From Dimorphilus gyrociliatus (taxonomy: Eukaryota; Animalia; Annelida): DNA of 64,000 bases. Within the stretch, counting starts at the first letter, position 1, and each line of letters begins with the position of its first letter. The position numbers and the translations under genes were made by a program. Positions 30,886-43,742 of the stretch are shown one piece after another. The stretch is taken from assembly GCA_904063045.1 (NCBI GenBank), contig CAJFCJ010000020.1:922916-986915 (forward strand), given 5' to 3'. Under the pieces are notes generated by a model. It saw only the letters and a program-made list of their open reading frames with translations. It made no database searches and was not told the DNA's origin.

Positions 30886-31824
30886 CCCAATGCATAATTG
30901 AGCGCTGATCTCGCTTTCGATGTTCCCTCTGGATATTGAAAATATATATAGATATATATAAAATATAGGTATATACCGTATATGGCTAGAATCTTTACAA
31001 ATCTATATGTATTAGAAAGAGATAGGATATTATTATGAAAAGCACTATTGTGATTTTAAGGTATTCTAAAAAGAAAAATCGTGGCTGTTCGTAAAATATT
31101 CTCTACGTTGTAAACAAAAAAAAAAATACTCTCTTATCAGCTATTTTTCAAATGCCAATATTGGGGTTTTTTCTTTCAATTATATTTAAAAGAATAAAAA
31201 GGATAGTTGAAAATATGAAAGAAAGAATAAAAAGAGGCTTACGTTTTATAAGAAGGATGTGCTACGTTGAATTTTCGCTTACACAAGCCATTAATTGAAG
31301 TTTCTGGGCAGTTGAGTGTTTTGATATGATTAGGAAAATGAAGAATCTGTGTGGGGAACACAGAATGAAATAAAAGAAAAATATTAAAAAGAACTTATTT
31401 ATTAAACTAATTTAAATATTCACGTATGTTTTCTTTTCTTTTCTTTTTAATGAAAGGTAAAACTTCTGTCTCTTTTCTATTTCTTTAAGAGAAGAAGAAA
31501 TATTTACCCTGTTTTTATTCTGAGCCATTTCATTGCATTTTAAGACAGGTCTTCCTTGAGCTCTCCTCGGACGGATATATATAGCACCCTAAAAATTGCA
31601 AGATATTAATATACAGTATATATACTAATAAATATATATATATGTATACATAGATATAACGGTTTTCCGCTTTCTAACAGAGGAGGTAGAAAAAAGATGG
31701 AACTTGGTATCGTTTTTCAACTAGGTGTGTATATTACTATATTTAGTTTTTGCTTTGGATCTATTTTTTAAAGTTTACAGTATCTAAGTGTCTCAATATT
31801 ATGAAAGAAATAAACAATAAATAG

Positions 31825-31916
31825 GATCACGTGACTATAACGCCACCGCAAAATTCAACGTGTCAGACAGGCTTGGTGTGACGTCACATGCAAATCAATT
31901 CTCTCTAGTGACGCAA
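31825..31916. promoter_or_regulatory. Dense cis-regulatory module: GATCACGTGAC E-box, palindromic TGTGACGTCACA CRE, ATGCAAAT octamer, TGACGCAA
   Basis: Four textbook motifs in about 90 bp at 31825-31835, 31877-31888, 31888-31895 and 31909-31916. Confidence 0.6.
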
Positions 31917-33649
31917 TTCAGTATTTTTATAGAACTTGTTCCATTTGCAGTTTGATAATTTATAAAGCTTCAGAAAGAGATCCGAAGGAATCTCCATTGA
32001 AAGATACAGGTAAAAAAAAGACACATTTAGTACAATAGTAAAATGGTGTCAATGTCCTAAATAAAACATTTTGGGGGAGCGAGAGAGGAGGGGAGGGGGG
32101 TATTCACGAAAGTGACATAATCCATTAATGAGGACAGACACGTGGTTTATTCAAAACAATTTTTTTAATGTTAGTTTTAAATATTCTACAAGCATGATAC
32201 ATTTAGAGTTTTTTTTTAACGCTTGGTTAAAAGGTAATAGTCGAATATTTTCGTACTATTCCATAAAAACAAGAATGTTTAAAAATAAATAAAAGAAAAG
32301 TAGGACTGCGAATAAAAGATTGATTAGTAGGATACTAAAGACATAAACAAGATTCTTTAAATAACCTATTAAATGAAAAGCTAAACATCCTATACTATTA
32401 ATCTCCAACTTATTTTTAATAATAATTAAGAAAAACGGATTAAAGGATAATACAATAATACATTAATAAAATATTCCATATATTTTCTATGTTTTTTATC
32501 GTTCACTGTCTTGCTGATAGCAGCAAAAATATCTTCCTTATTTTTCTTTTAATCAGTCCTAAACTACTTCAAACTGCCAAAAGCACTTCCTCAAAGTTAT
32601 CAGCTATAGTTTTTATACTATTACTCAAAACACACATTGACAGATTATATGAATAAAAAGATGACTTAGTCATTCAAAACTCCCATAATTACTCTTTAAT
32701 TCTTATATAAAATGCATTCTGATTAATGAATGACTAAGAAAAGTAATGCTTTTGATAGAGTATACTCTGCTTTTGTTCTTTTCCTTCATTTTTCTTATAT
32801 TCTCTATATTTTCATTCTCATTCTTTCATTTATTTCTTTTTTAATACTACATTATCTATTTTCTCTATACAAAGGTTGTATAAAAGAGTATTGGGGTGAA
32901 CAAGTTACATTTCGATTATTACAATTAAATATAAGAAAGCTATTTATTCAATAAAGAGAAAATAGCAATAGGATGGTGAAGAGAAAAAGTGCATACAGAA
33001 AGTAGAAAAAGCTGAAAGGGCTGAATAGATAACTTGTAAAATTTTACGCTACCTCTATAGTTTCTTAAATGAAAATTTCCCACATAGCATAGTAATTAAT
33101 TAAATAATAGAATTAAATTATTCCAGGAAAAACAACAGTTATTTTTTATAAGAGATATTTACATAAAATATTTCGGTTGTTTCGTTTATAGTGATAAGCT
33201 TTGTGTATGACTCATGTAAATCAATATATGAAAACTATGAACATAGCAAAATCTTTACTAGACTATAGCTCCTCAAATAATTGTTCCTTTACTCCCTAAC
33301 ATTCCTCTTTTTATACATACTTAATCGAACTATATATTTAGCTTTTCTTATGTTATAAATAGTGAACAATTACACAGAATAGATCCATTTCCATGTGAAC
33401 ATCTTTCAAATAAAAAAAAACACTACAGTAGAGAAACCCTGCGTTGGCGGTATAGTAGCCAATTTAGCTTTATAATTATCATATTGGTTGATAAATTTAT
33501 AATTTCTCTCATTCTTTTGAATGATCAATTAGTAAATAAAAAATTCTTACTTGATTAGTGAAATGTAGAGTATTTTTCTGCCGTTTTTTGCAGCGTAAGG
33601 CTGCAATCATGCCAGAAGACTGACAAAGGCGTTAGTATTTTCGAGGGTG

Positions 33650-33663
33650 GCGCCACCTGTTGG
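33650..33663 (-). promoter_or_regulatory. CTCF-like motif CCAACAGGTGGCGC overlapping the 12-bp palindrome GGTGGCGCCACC (33646-33657)
   Basis: 13/14 consensus match in a locally GC-rich intergenic island. Confidence 0.5.
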
Positions 33664-36132
33664 TGACATTATGAAATACAAAGGCCTGTAAGAGCTATAT
33701 ATTTTCACAGTATAAACGTTAGAATATATACTGCATATATATATAAATATATATATATATTTTCCTTAATCCATACACTGTATTTGGATGTATATGCTAA
33801 AAATATATAACACATGTGTATGTCAAAATATATAGTCTATGTCAGTCTAAAGATATATATAACTGTATTCCAATATATTGTATAGTATACTTTATAGCCA
33901 ATATTCAATATATATATATATATGTATTTTACTAATGGTTTATACTATATATACTGTATATATCCTTTATATCTCTTTATACGTAATCCAAATAGTTATA
34001 GTCAATTCTATACAACGTACATATCTATATAGAGTATATAATTTATAAATGCTAGTACTGCGATATTTCTGTGATTATAATATTTATCTGGATTTTTGTG
34101 GCGGAAGTTTTCTTTAGAATCAATACGTTCTGTGCAAATAATTGAGATTTCTCAGAAATATTTCCATAGTTGTTATGTATAAGGTTTTTCGTTTCAAAGT
34201 GAAAGGACAGTATGATGAGTTAATTTTCGTCTCTTATTAAATTACAAACAGTATTAATTAGTTTAAGTTGTATTTCCTTTTCTGTAACTCTCTTGGTTTT
34301 TGCTTCTCTCTCTATAAGTTTCTCTACATCTTCGTATCTTCACCAGAATACAATATGTATTTGTGTACATACCGTAAGTAACAGAGTCAATGTTCGGTTA
34401 AAAAGTTCATGTTGTATTTTTAGAATTAAAAAAGAAGATTCTATTTATTCTATTCAATTGAATTCCAGCATTTAATCATTGAATGTGCTAATAAAAGAAG
34501 CTAATGTGAATACCTAAAACCAATCATTAATTCAATGATAATGAATTTGTTTGAAAAATTATCTATATTTCGCACTTTCCCATATATTCCCTATCTGTTT
34601 TTTGGTCATATTTTATGTTACGAATTAGTGCTATTGATTGCTTTTAATGTAGAAACTGACGGGAAAAGGTTGCCTTTAAAAATATGACGTAGTTGTTTTA
34701 AGTCAAATAATTATATATAATATGCCAATTGCTTATAACCTTTATCTCTGGAGAGATGTGAGATTCTTTTTTATATATAACTTTTAGCCTTGAAAAGGCA
34801 AAAGACTTTCAAAAGTTCGTCTATCTTTGATCGGAAAAACATTAAAAGAATACACTTAAGAATTATAAATAGGACTTTAAAACGACATCTATCGTTTATA
34901 AAGAATTATAGACACTATAGATAGAAGTAAATTTATTTATGTCGGTCATAAGTTATGTAACTAGTAACCTTGACAAGATCAGTATAAAAAATATATACTC
35001 CTTTCTCTCTCTCTCTCTCGTCCACCTTTTTACTTTAATCCAAAGTATACAATGCGTTTATAAATACCACACTTTAAATGATAAAGTTTGCAATATGGTA
35101 TTTATGAATTTTTAGAAATTCGGTCAAGGTCTTTATTACATGATATATTTATATATATATAAATAATGTTAATTAATTACTTTAGCAGTTTTATTTCTTA
35201 TCATAGAATGATTAATTATAAATGTAAAGTAACAATTAAATGCAAGAAATGATATGTTTATAATTAGAAAAAAGTACCAGTTCACTTGACTACATGTTTG
35301 CGTGATCATTAAAATTAGAAACCTTTGAATAACATAAAGATAGACGAGGCATATCATGAATAGGATGGGAAAGGAAGAGAGGCAGAGAAAGAGAAAAGGA
35401 AGGGGGAGTTAATGAATTAAATTGGGAAAAACATATATGAAAAGTTAATGTATTAATAAATTCTTGTTCTTGTATTAAGGGAAGAATGTTTGAGGAAAAG
35501 AAAGATGCTATTGAATTGTCACAGAGACAATTAAATTTATTTATTTACACTTTAAGTTTGAGATGTTTATTTCATACATTTAAAGTACATCCTATTTTTA
35601 TCTATATATACTTTTACTTTATATAATGAAAACAAAGGAAAACTATTACGCAATCTCTTTAATCTTTCTTAACTAAATTAGAAAAATCAATACTTGTTGC
35701 TTCGGAATATCTCTCTTACGTGCCTGTAAATTGTTAAAGTATGTAAACTGATCAGACTTAAAGTCTGCCTTTCACAAAATGTTAAAATTCAAAGTCCTTG
35801 ACCTTGGGTTTTTATTATTGAACAGTTTATTATTCAGTACTTTCGATATATAATATTTATATTTTATTATGAACGTAGTAAAGGCCAAAACACATAAAAA
35901 CCAAATATTAAAAATATACGTCGTTTTGAGGCTTTAAATAATTTTTCAAAGTTTTACTATTTAAATTAATCTTTAAAAAACTCTACTAAGAATAAAACGA
36001 AATCAAGAAGATTTACGTTATCTGATTCATTGTATTTTGTCAGTTTTAATAGTCTCTGGTTAACGTTGAAGTGGGAAAAAGATTTTATCGTTACAAGAGA
36101 ATCCTACTTCGTGTAAGCCATATTGATAGAAA

Positions 36133-36423
36133 ATGGAAAAATATCTAATTTTTACGTATGGAAGTTTACTAAAAGGTTGCACAAATAACAGACTTTTAGA
36201 AAACGGAAATTTTGGTTCAGTTTCGTTTATTGGGGAAGCAAAATCAGTTAGAAAATTTCCATTTGTAATATCGTCATTTTACAATATTCCAGCCGTACTG
36301 AATAAACCTGGTTGTGGAAATGTAAGTACTACTCTTTCTCATTATTTTGCTTTATCAAACGTTAGATCTTATAAACTGTTTTTAAGAAACAAAGAAGGTA
36401 TGTTTCTGATAGAAGAGGTAGGA

Positions 36424-36455
<32 letters not shown>

Positions 36456-37332
36456 CAAGAGCGAGAGAGAGACAGATAGACAGACAAAAACTAAAGACTT
36501 CAACATACTTTTGTATTTCCCTTGAGAGAATTTACATTAAAGCGAAGCTTTTTAAATGGATTTGCTTCGACTTTCAATACTAATACTTTACCTTTTTTCC
36601 GCAAACCACAGCATTGAATATATTATTTCCAATTTAAATACTTTCCTAATCTATAAATCTGTTAAAAATATTCTACAATTTGTTATATTTAAACAAATAG
36701 AGACCGCGTGAACTAAAAGTATAAGAATAAATAATGTACCCAGGTCTAGTTCTGTAGAAACAGTTTTTTTTGATTCCATTTAAACCCTACCCCTATACTT
36801 TTCTAATGCAAAAATTTTGACTTGTTTGTTTCATACAAAAGGCTTATCAATGAGGTTTTTCTTTGACTTGAAAATAACTTTTCTTACATATTTTTCCTCT
36901 TTCTAGAGAATTAAAGGCGAATTGTATGAAGTTGATCAAAGTGTTTTATTCACTCTGGACGATTTAGAACGACATCCTATATTTTATGAAAGAAGCAAAG
37001 AAAAATTTGAAATGACTGATTGCAAAAGAGAAATCGAGGCACAGATCTATTTAGTAAATGATTTCAAAGAAGACCTTTTAAAGTTAAAATTCTATGATAG
37101 CTATAAAGTTTATTTAGAAGAAGGGGAACAATTAAAGAGTTTCTTCTTGAGAAATCCATTCTCAACGTACGATCCGAGAACTGATATGATAAACCACTGG
37201 ACAAACATGTACGTGGCTGTTGGAGGTCCTCCTTATTCTATTGTTTTACCTCAAGGTATCTCTTTAGAAGAATGTGGTGGAACCTATCTGGGGAAGTTCA
37301 CCTCGAAAGACATATGGAAGATTTTAAAGTGA
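36133..37332 (+). CDS. GGACT: Gamma-glutamylaminecyclotransferase (AIG2/GGCT fold) with C-terminal extension. Exons 36133-36321, 36907-37332
   Basis: IFTYGSLLKG, IKGELYEVD, LDDLERHP..YER; phase-0 intron. Confidence 0.88.
36425..36480. repeat. Imperfect (GA)n microsatellite
   Basis: GA run with interruptions in the GGACT intron. Confidence 0.85.
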
Positions 37333-37353
37333 ATTGTTTTTTATTATTTTCAG

Positions 37354-37975
37354 AATGATAGAACAAAGATGTAATTGTTAAAACTCGAATCAATTTTATC
37401 ATAAAATCCTACTAAAACTATAATAAAATAATCCAACTTCTTTATACCTTTTTATAAAATGTTTATATCCGTATTTTAATTAATTCATAATTCATATTTC
37501 TAGAATTGATGAAAGCAGCTTTTTTACATGGAATTCCGTTAAGAAAATTTCTCACCATGATAAAGAAGCTGATATAACCACATTGAGTTATCTTGATGAT
37601 GTAACCGCCTATACACATATAATTGGTGGCCTTTGGGCCCTAGATGTTACATTATTGGAGAAAATCGATAAGAAATTTGGATTCGGAAAAGTATCGAGAA
37701 GGGATAGGTTGAGAGGTTTCCTGGAAACAAATTATGGTGAGAAAAAGCTTATTACCACTCAAATTTACGTTCTCAATGCAAATGTGGTTTTGGACGTAAC
37801 GAGCAGCAATATAGCTTCGTTAACAAATACATATTCTTCCAAAAACTTACAGAGGTATTCATTTATTCTAATTTATCATTTTCTACTTATATACGCATTC
37901 AATGTATATATTTACTTTTATCCTACTATTTATAGCCATGAAGAAGTTATTAAGAAAATAGCTAACAACGAATAA
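37354..37975 (+). CDS. ATG-less coding exons of unknown function (37354-37370, 37504-37854, 37936-37975), probably spliced to GGACT
   Basis: Open frame of about 135 aa with mutually compatible GT-AG junctions and coding-like composition; no in-frame ATG of its own. Confidence 0.55.
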
Positions 37976-40193
37976 TAATATTACACAATGAAAGAACTAT
38001 AAGATTTTTGTTAAAAACTATATATTGCCTGATTAAATTATAAAAAAAATTGATGTTATTGCCTTCTTCTTTTCGCTCTTGTTGACATACACTACGGCTT
38101 GTGACACCTACAGTATAAGTATGAAACTAAAGTAATTTTGATGCAAAGAATAAGAATTATTTGATACTAGAGGAGAAAATATAAAGCAATAGAATTAGAT
38201 TTATTTTAATATGGATCTGTGGAAAAACTGAAAGTTGATGTAAATGAATCTTTACAATATTTTTGAGGTTTATTAATACTTTTACATATCATTTGCATTC
38301 ATTGATTTTCTCAGCTACCAATACTAATACTATAAGGTATACTTTCATCATCAATAAATAGATATTGTGCCATCAAACGACAAAGTCTACTCAACAGGAC
38401 TATAGATGAATGTATTAAGTTGTTACGTTAACTATTTAATCATATTTCCTTATAATTTATTGTTAAAATGAAAGATATGATTTAATGAGAAAATTTAAAG
38501 AATATTGTGTAATCTGAAACGACATTAAATATCTGACAGAAACTGTACGTAGGGATTACTTAAAAAATCTATACTATTTCTCGTCCTAAAAATGTGTCAA
38601 CAGTGAAATTCGTAGTATCTGAATTTAGATGAAACTATTTCGTTAGTGTATTGATGAATATCGTCAAATTTTTCTCTCACTTACTCTTTTTCAGTCCAAT
38701 CTAATCAAAAGAAAAATATTTTTTTGCCTCGATAGTATAGATTGAATAGAATGAATTAATCCGGCTTGTTTTTCTTCTAGAATTTCTTCCTCTCACTCAA
38801 TGATTCGATCTATGTTACTATCCCCGCTTTCAATTCATAATTAACACAAACAACAACAGAAAGCACAAAAGACAGAAAAACTATTATTTACTTATAGTAA
38901 TTATTCTTTTTTAAACTCTTTGTTAATGATACTAATGAATGGGCATTCTACAAAGTAATACAAGTCGTTAACAGCTGATTTTCATTCAGCTAGGCGGAGC
39001 AATAGTAATTATTTGGTTCGAATGGTAAAAGTTTCATTAAACATCCAAGATAGTTAACGATAAACAAACTAAATTTACATGCATACTGCCTGTAAATCCA
39101 AAATTTAAATATAGACTTTTGAATGTATATTTATCTACTTTGAGTGAAATAATATGAGTCGTTTTACAGTTAAATTAACGACTTTGGATATTAAGTAAGG
39201 TTAAAATGAAGAACACTTACGTTTGGCATTTAATTTTATGTTTGTATAATGTCACATAAGCGTAAAGTAATATTAAGTTTATAATTTTGTTACAAGTGGT
39301 AGTTTCTTAAAACGAAGGAATTCAATTTACACATATAATAAAATATCTATAATGTACTGAATATAAGTTTTGTTTAACAGCAGCAAAAGTCTTTGATAAA
39401 GAACAAACAAATAGAATGAGCAGTTTTTATTTATATTACTAAGTACAATTTTATCCTAATAATTGTTATTTAACATGCGAAAATAAAAAGAGATTACAGA
39501 TACTCTTTATTTAAAAAGAAAAATACTTATGAAATAGATGAACCAGTGTCATTCATCAATTTAATTAAGTATATTGCTCCGTCATTTGTCTAGAAAAAGG
39601 AAGAATGTATTCTTCAAAGTTAATTTAAATATTTTTTAACTTACAATTCGACGAAATTAAAACAGCAGAAATTTCCTTGTAAAAAAGGATAAGTATGTTA
39701 ATGAATTTTAGATTTGCTTGGTCAACGAAGTGTGCAAGATGTCACGATCGTGATACTTGCGACGAACAGCAATATAGACAAATGATCTGATTAAATTTCA
39801 TCTATCCTAATGATCTGACAAACTTATGATGAATTATTATATTCAATAGTTAAACCTTGTTGAAGCACAGATATAGATGAAGATGAATATTTCATTAATC
39901 AAATCCGAAATATATATATATATATATATATATGTATATTAGTGTATACATACTGTATATAGCTTTTGTTAATGTATTTGTGTTACAACTTTTCTAAATA
40001 TTCAAGGACTACACTCCTTTTATAGCAGTAGGAAAATTAGATTAATAAGAGAATATTCTCTCTTAAGATGTCATTAAGAAAAAAAGATTTTCTCTTTTGT
40101 ATGCTGGAAACAGAAGTGACACCTATCGAGAATCTTAGAGCACTGAAATCATTTGCCTATCTGAAAGTTCACTGCTGCACTTATCAAGGGAAA

Positions 40194-43100
40194 ATGTCTC
40201 TGAATATTTCTTTTCTGAATATTTCTATGCTGAACGAAAGTCATGGAAATTGTTCAAAAAGTAACTATGAACAGTATCATTTACCTGTAAGTACTTTTAA
40301 AACTCTTACAATTGACAAGAACACTTTGAAAGTGTGGTGTTTTTCATTTCTGCTAGGAATTCGATATAATATTTATCCTTTTGATTTTTTCAATTCATAA
40401 TTTCTTTCATATCTTGCATCTCCCATAGAAAAGTACCGGTTGTCTTCTTTATATATACTTTCTTTAAGATGGGAGAGTATTTGATACTCTTATGTTTAGT
40501 GCAACAAAACTAGACATATCTAACAACTAAGCTTTATTGTACCTTATGGAAAAAATTACATTGAAAAGGCTAGTAGTAAAAAGAGATGGCGGTAATCATA
40601 AGTTTTTCTTATTTTTTTTTTTTTCAAATTTCTTCATATTTATAAAAACTTTTGAAAGAAAACAAAAATTTACCTTCATATTTCCAAAACCATTATCTAA
40701 ATTACTTGCGGCATTTATTATATATACTGGCTGGAAGAAAAGCAGAGGCAGCTTTGGATTACGCATCACGTTTTGCAACAAAAATCAAAAGAGTTATATA
40801 AGCAATTACATACAAAACATATATTCAAGCAATTTATATGAAAGGCGTAATTTAATTAAGTAGCAATTAAGTTACCTCTTTATTGGCTAAAAAGAAAGAA
40901 TATTGATATATGATATATAGAGAGTAATAGTGATACATGATATTGTACAAAAACATATCATGGTGTACATAAACAAGATATATAAATTTATATATGTATA
41001 TTTACCATTAACTTATAAATAATGAACAATATTTTAAAATTTCGTTCAATTTTAAGATATATATATATATATATTTACTGTATATATATACACACACACG
41101 CTCATACAAACATTCACACTTACTCACGTATACACAGACATATATATATACTTGTCTTCTTTAATGGGCTAAATTCGTCAGAGAAGGAAACGCTAGACTC
41201 TGAATAAAACAAAAAACTCAGCTAGACTCTTCCGTTTGCAGCAAATTGTGTGTTAGGAGCTACGCCTTCAATGTTCTTATTTTCACAAACTTACTTTTAA
41301 TTATTTAAGGTAAATTTTGCTCTAATTAGGTAGAAAAAAACGTAAATAGCCTTAACTTTGTCTCTTTAACAGGTACTAATGCTAAGTTTAAAGGCTTATT
41401 CTAAAATATATTTCTTTTATTATATTCTTTATCGTCCTCCTTTCTTTCTATTTAGAATTGATCATGTCAAAATATTTGGTCCAAATATTTTGGACAACTT
41501 CAATAGATATAGGATTAAAATTGATTTGTTAACTAAAGCTTTAGGGTAAAGTTACTTGATCGTTGCGAAGACTTGTATCCTTAATTACTTTCACAACTAT
41601 GACGCCAATTGTTGTTAGAAAAGGGTAAAAAAGGATAAATACACGTAAAATTTTAATATACTTCAATGCTTAAAAAACTTTTTGCAACTCATCGCTATTA
41701 TATTTGGATAAACAATACAACTGTATATGTATTTACGAGTGGATTGTATATTACACTTTATTTATAAAAAGAATAAATTAATAATTATCTCTTTTAGATA
41801 ATGAGTTATTTTTGGAGAGTTGAAAATATTTGGATAATTAAAAATGTTATTTTATTCGTAGGTTAATTTATAGTTGGGTGTTATCATTGGAAAAAGAAAA
41901 TTATTATTATATTCAACCTATTAATACTTTTCCTAGTAATAATTAACTATTGAAAGGGATACATTTAATGTAGAATTAGAGAGAGGGAGATAGGAAGAGA
42001 GAGAGAGAGAGAGAAAGAAAAGAGAATAATAAAAATCGTGCTTTAAAGAAATTGAACTAACATTCTGTTTCTTATAAAATGTATACCAGTTAGTTTTATG
42101 TAAATATATGATTTAAATATTTATTTATTTAACAATATACTTAACATAAGTACAATATATACAATTTATATATAAATAATTAATTTAAGCTAATTAAAAT
42201 TAATTAATATTACATAAATGATTTTCTCGTGTCTTTTAATATACATGTGCTACTTTCTTTTTCAGCTCAGTCAAAAAATATTTCTAATTGGCCTAACTTC
42301 ATTCGTAATAATTGGAAATACTTTTCTCTTAATTGCTATTTATCTCTCGCCTAATAGAAGTTCTAGAATGAGTTATTTCATTACGATGCTAGCTATAGCG
42401 GGTATATATAAAGAAAAGATTGATTAATATAATATTCTTTATTTTGGATAAATAGGAAATATTGATATATAATTTATTTTTGGTAGATTTAACAGTTGGT
42501 TGCATATCCGTAACGACTGACACAGTTTGGAAATTTACGACTGCATGGTATGGAGGATTAGTAGCTTGTAAAGTCATAAGATATTTTCAAGTGAGTTTAT
42601 TTCTTTTTTAAAGTAACAATAGCTATGTACCGGAAATTAAATAGATACATTCTGTCACCAAAGCTAAAATTAGCTTCACTAGCATATTTCGTGTTTAAAA
42701 ATAGCTGCAAAGGAGAAAAAACTATTGAATAAAGTTATATTGTTCTTTCGTATAATATGTAAAATATGTAACTAATTAGCTCTATTTGTAAATAACTCTG
42801 TAGACACACAGTTGTGATTCTTTGATACTTTTATAAACAGTATATATATAAATTTATATATATTACATATAGATATACATAGTGTCTTCTTGTAGAAAAT
42901 AAATGCTTTAAATCTTGTACTTAAAAAGAAGGGATTGAAGAATTGAGGTCAAGTAATGATGATATTAACCATAAAAGTCAGGTGCTAATTATTCTAAATC
43001 TATTGATTGGTGCGACCTTAGTATGCAGGAAGAAAGTAACAGCAAATAGCCAAGGGAAATCAACTTTTCGATAGTAGACAATTAACCTTCGTAATAGCTT

Positions 43101-43710
43101 ATATACATAATAGCATCCAACATCTAAAGACAACATTAGTAATTTTAAGGGTTATTACTACAGATTTAAAATAAAATCCAATCACTCTTTACTCAACTTA
43201 ATGTAATAGTCGAATATTTTCTACTCAGATAAGGAAAAGTCACATAATTCTATATTTCTAAAAATATCACATTCGTGGAAAAGCAAACAGATTATTATTT
43301 TTTTTAAGTACATGTAAAATAAAGAATGATACATTTAGAAATGAAATTTATCCCAGATTAATACTATATGATATATAGTATATATGAAATATCATATTAT
43401 GAAGTGTATACATATATTGTACATACAATATATATACAGTCATGTATACTTATGTTGCAAGAATAAACGAAATTACTTGGAAAGAGTAAAAATTTAAAGG
43501 AAATTAGCTTGTTTTTAATCAATGAGCCTTTCAAGCAAAAAGAAGCTTAGAATAAAGAATTTCTCTGTTTTTAGAATACAGAGTAATTAATGAATTTATA
43601 TGATGTATATTTATACATTTGTATAGTTTTATATATACTAATAGATATAAATTTATGTATTGCTATATAAAGATCTTTGTTTTTACTCGAATGAACCAGG
43701 TTTAATTAGG

Positions 43711-43742
<32 letters not shown>

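Noticed and set aside
33584-33600. TTTTTTGCAG-C-GTAAGG, resembling a 1-nt exon or recursive splice site
   Set aside because: No host intron can be assigned on the plus strand.
39014-39023. GGTTCGAAT, resembling a tRNA T-loop/B-box
   Set aside because: No cloverleaf stems or A-box around it.
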